Assembly: GCA_002269645.1 (NCBI GenBank)
Contig: NIVC01001776.1
Location: 139,201-203,200 of the forward strand
Reading direction: 5' to 3'
Source of the DNA: Macrostomum lignano
Lineage: Eukaryota
DNA: 64,000 bases
How positions within the stretch are numbered: the first letter of the stretch is position 1; every line of letters starts with the position of its first letter. The notes under the pieces are model-generated. The model was not told the origin of the DNA. It did not search any database and worked only from the letters and a program-made list of their open reading frames with translations. This document shows, piece after piece, positions 62,119 through 64,000 of the stretch. The position numbers and the translations under genes were made by a program.

Positions 62119-64000
62119 CTCAATAAGCCAAGGATTATTGCTATTAATAAACCAAGTATTAATGCACTTGATTAATCAAGGATTATTGCTATTAATAAAC
62201 CAACGATTACTGCACTCGATAAACCAAGGACTATTGCTCTTGGCAAACCAAGGATTACTGCACTCAAGAAGTCAAGGATTATTGCTATTAATAAAACAAG
62301 GATTAATGCACTTGATTAATCAAGGATTATTGCTATTAATAAACCAAGGATTACTGCACTCGATAAACAAGGACTGTTGCTCCTGGCAAACCAAGGATTA
62401 CTGCACTCAATAAGCCAAGGATTATTGCTATTAATAAACCAAGGATTAATGCACTTAATTAATCAAGGATTATTGCTATTAATAAACCAAGGATTACTGC
62501 ACTCGAAAAGCCAAGGATTATTGCTATTAATAAACCAAGGATTACTGCACTTGGCAAACCAAGGATTACTGCACTTAATAAACCAAGGACTATTGCTCTT
62601 GGCAAACCAACGATTACTGCACTCGATAATTGCCAAGGATTATTGCTATTAATAAACCAAGGATTACTGCACTCGATAAGCCAAGGATTATTGCTATTAA
62701 TAAACCAAGGATTACTGTACTTAGCAAACCAAGGATTACTGCACTCGATAAGCCAAGGATTATTGCTATTAATAAACCAAGGATCACTGCACTCAAGAAG
62801 ACAAGGATTATTGCTATTAATAAAACAAGGATTAATGCACTTGATTAATCAAGGATTATTGCTATTAATAAACCAAGGATTACTGCACTCGATAAACCAA
62901 GGACTATTGCTCCTGGCAAACCAAGGATTAATGCACTCAATAAGCCAAGGATTATTGCTATTAATAAACCAACGATTACTGCACTTGATAAGCCAAGGAT
63001 TATTGCTATTAATAAAACCAAGGATTACTGCACTCGATAAGCCAAGGATTATTGCTATTAATAAACCGAGGATTACTGCACTTGGCAAACCAAGGATTAC
63101 TGCACTCGATAAGCCAAGGATTATTGCTATTAATAAACCAAGGATTACTGCACTCGATAAGCCAAGGATTATTGCTATTAATAAACCAAAGATTATTGCA
63201 CTTGGCAAACCAAGGATTACTGCACTCGATAAGCCAAGGATTATTGCTATTAATAAACCAAGGATTACTGCACTTGGCAAACCAAGGATTACTGCACTCG
63301 ATAAGCCAAGGACTATTGCTATTAATAAACCAAGGATTACTGCACTTGATTTATCAAGGATTATTGCTATTAATAAACCAAGGATTACTGCACTTGATTT
63401 ATCAAGGATTATTGCTATTAATAAACCAAGGATTACTGCACTCAATAAGCCAAGGATTATTGCTATTAATAAACCAAGGATTAATGCACTTGATTAATCA
63501 AGGATTATTGCTATTAATAAACCAAGGATTACTGCACTCGATAAACCAAGGACTATTGCTCCTGGCAAACCAAGGATTACTGCACTCAATAAGCCAAGGA
63601 TTATTGCTATTAATAAACCAAGGATTACTGCACTCAAGAAGCCAAGGATTATTGCTATTAATAAACCAAGGATTAATGCACTTTATTAATCAATGATTAT
63701 TGCTATTAATAAACCAAGGATTACTGCACTCGATAAGCAAGGATTATTGCTATTAATAAACCAAGATTAATGCACTTGATTAATCAAGGATTATTGCTAT
63801 TAATAAACCAAGGATTACTGCACTCGATAAGCCAAGGATTATTGCTATTAATAAACCAAGGATTACTGCACTCAATAAGCCAAGGATTATTGCTATTAAT
63901 AAACCAAGGATTACTGCACTTGGCAAACCAAGGATTACTGCACTCGATAAGCCAAGGACTATTGCTATTAATAAACCAAGGATTACTGCACTTGATTTAT

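Larger units (their letters stand above)
59425..64000 (+). mobile_element. Non-autonomous Helitron-like element, copy 3 (runs off the window)
   Basis: Begins with TC directly after CTAG at 59421-59424. It has the same 5' block, Pol III cassette and array A as copy 1. Confidence 0.72.
60065..64000. repeat. Array A (48-bp dimer), second locus, interrupted by the LTR element at 60417-62118
   Basis: Same units as 39508-41838. The block at ~60126-60416 is repeated at ~62121-62410. Confidence 0.95.

Overview
Eukaryotic (invertebrate animal) genomic DNA that is very repeat-rich. The minisatellite-filled introns, GC/Ala-rich exons and TTAGGG motif suggest a flatworm such as Macrostomum; this is an inference. 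The left half (4-36.4 kb) is genic. It holds an intronless divergent TRPV-like channel (+) and four co-oriented minus-strand genes that I reconstructed by hand with consistent exon phases: a 14-exon ADAM metalloprotease ending in a Thr-rich mucin stalk and a GPI-like tail, MTHFS, an ARMC5-like gene and a JADE/PHF17-like gene. Most long introns and intergenic spacers are filled by distinct tandem arrays. The right half (38.8-64 kb) is three head-to-tail copies of a non-autonomous Helitron-like element. Each copy carries tRNA-like Pol III cassettes (A box, B box, oligo-T) directly followed by different minisatellites. Copy 2 is interrupted by a ~10.1-kb CACTA/EnSpm-like transposon with a transposase and a divergently transcribed DUF4806-like gene. 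Copy 3 is interrupted by a 1.7-kb TRIM-like LTR element. A second small LTR element lies at the window start, and there are also SINEs and MITEs. Most ORFs in the supplied track are artefacts of tandem repeats. All family assignments rest on motifs recalled from knowledge; no database search was run.
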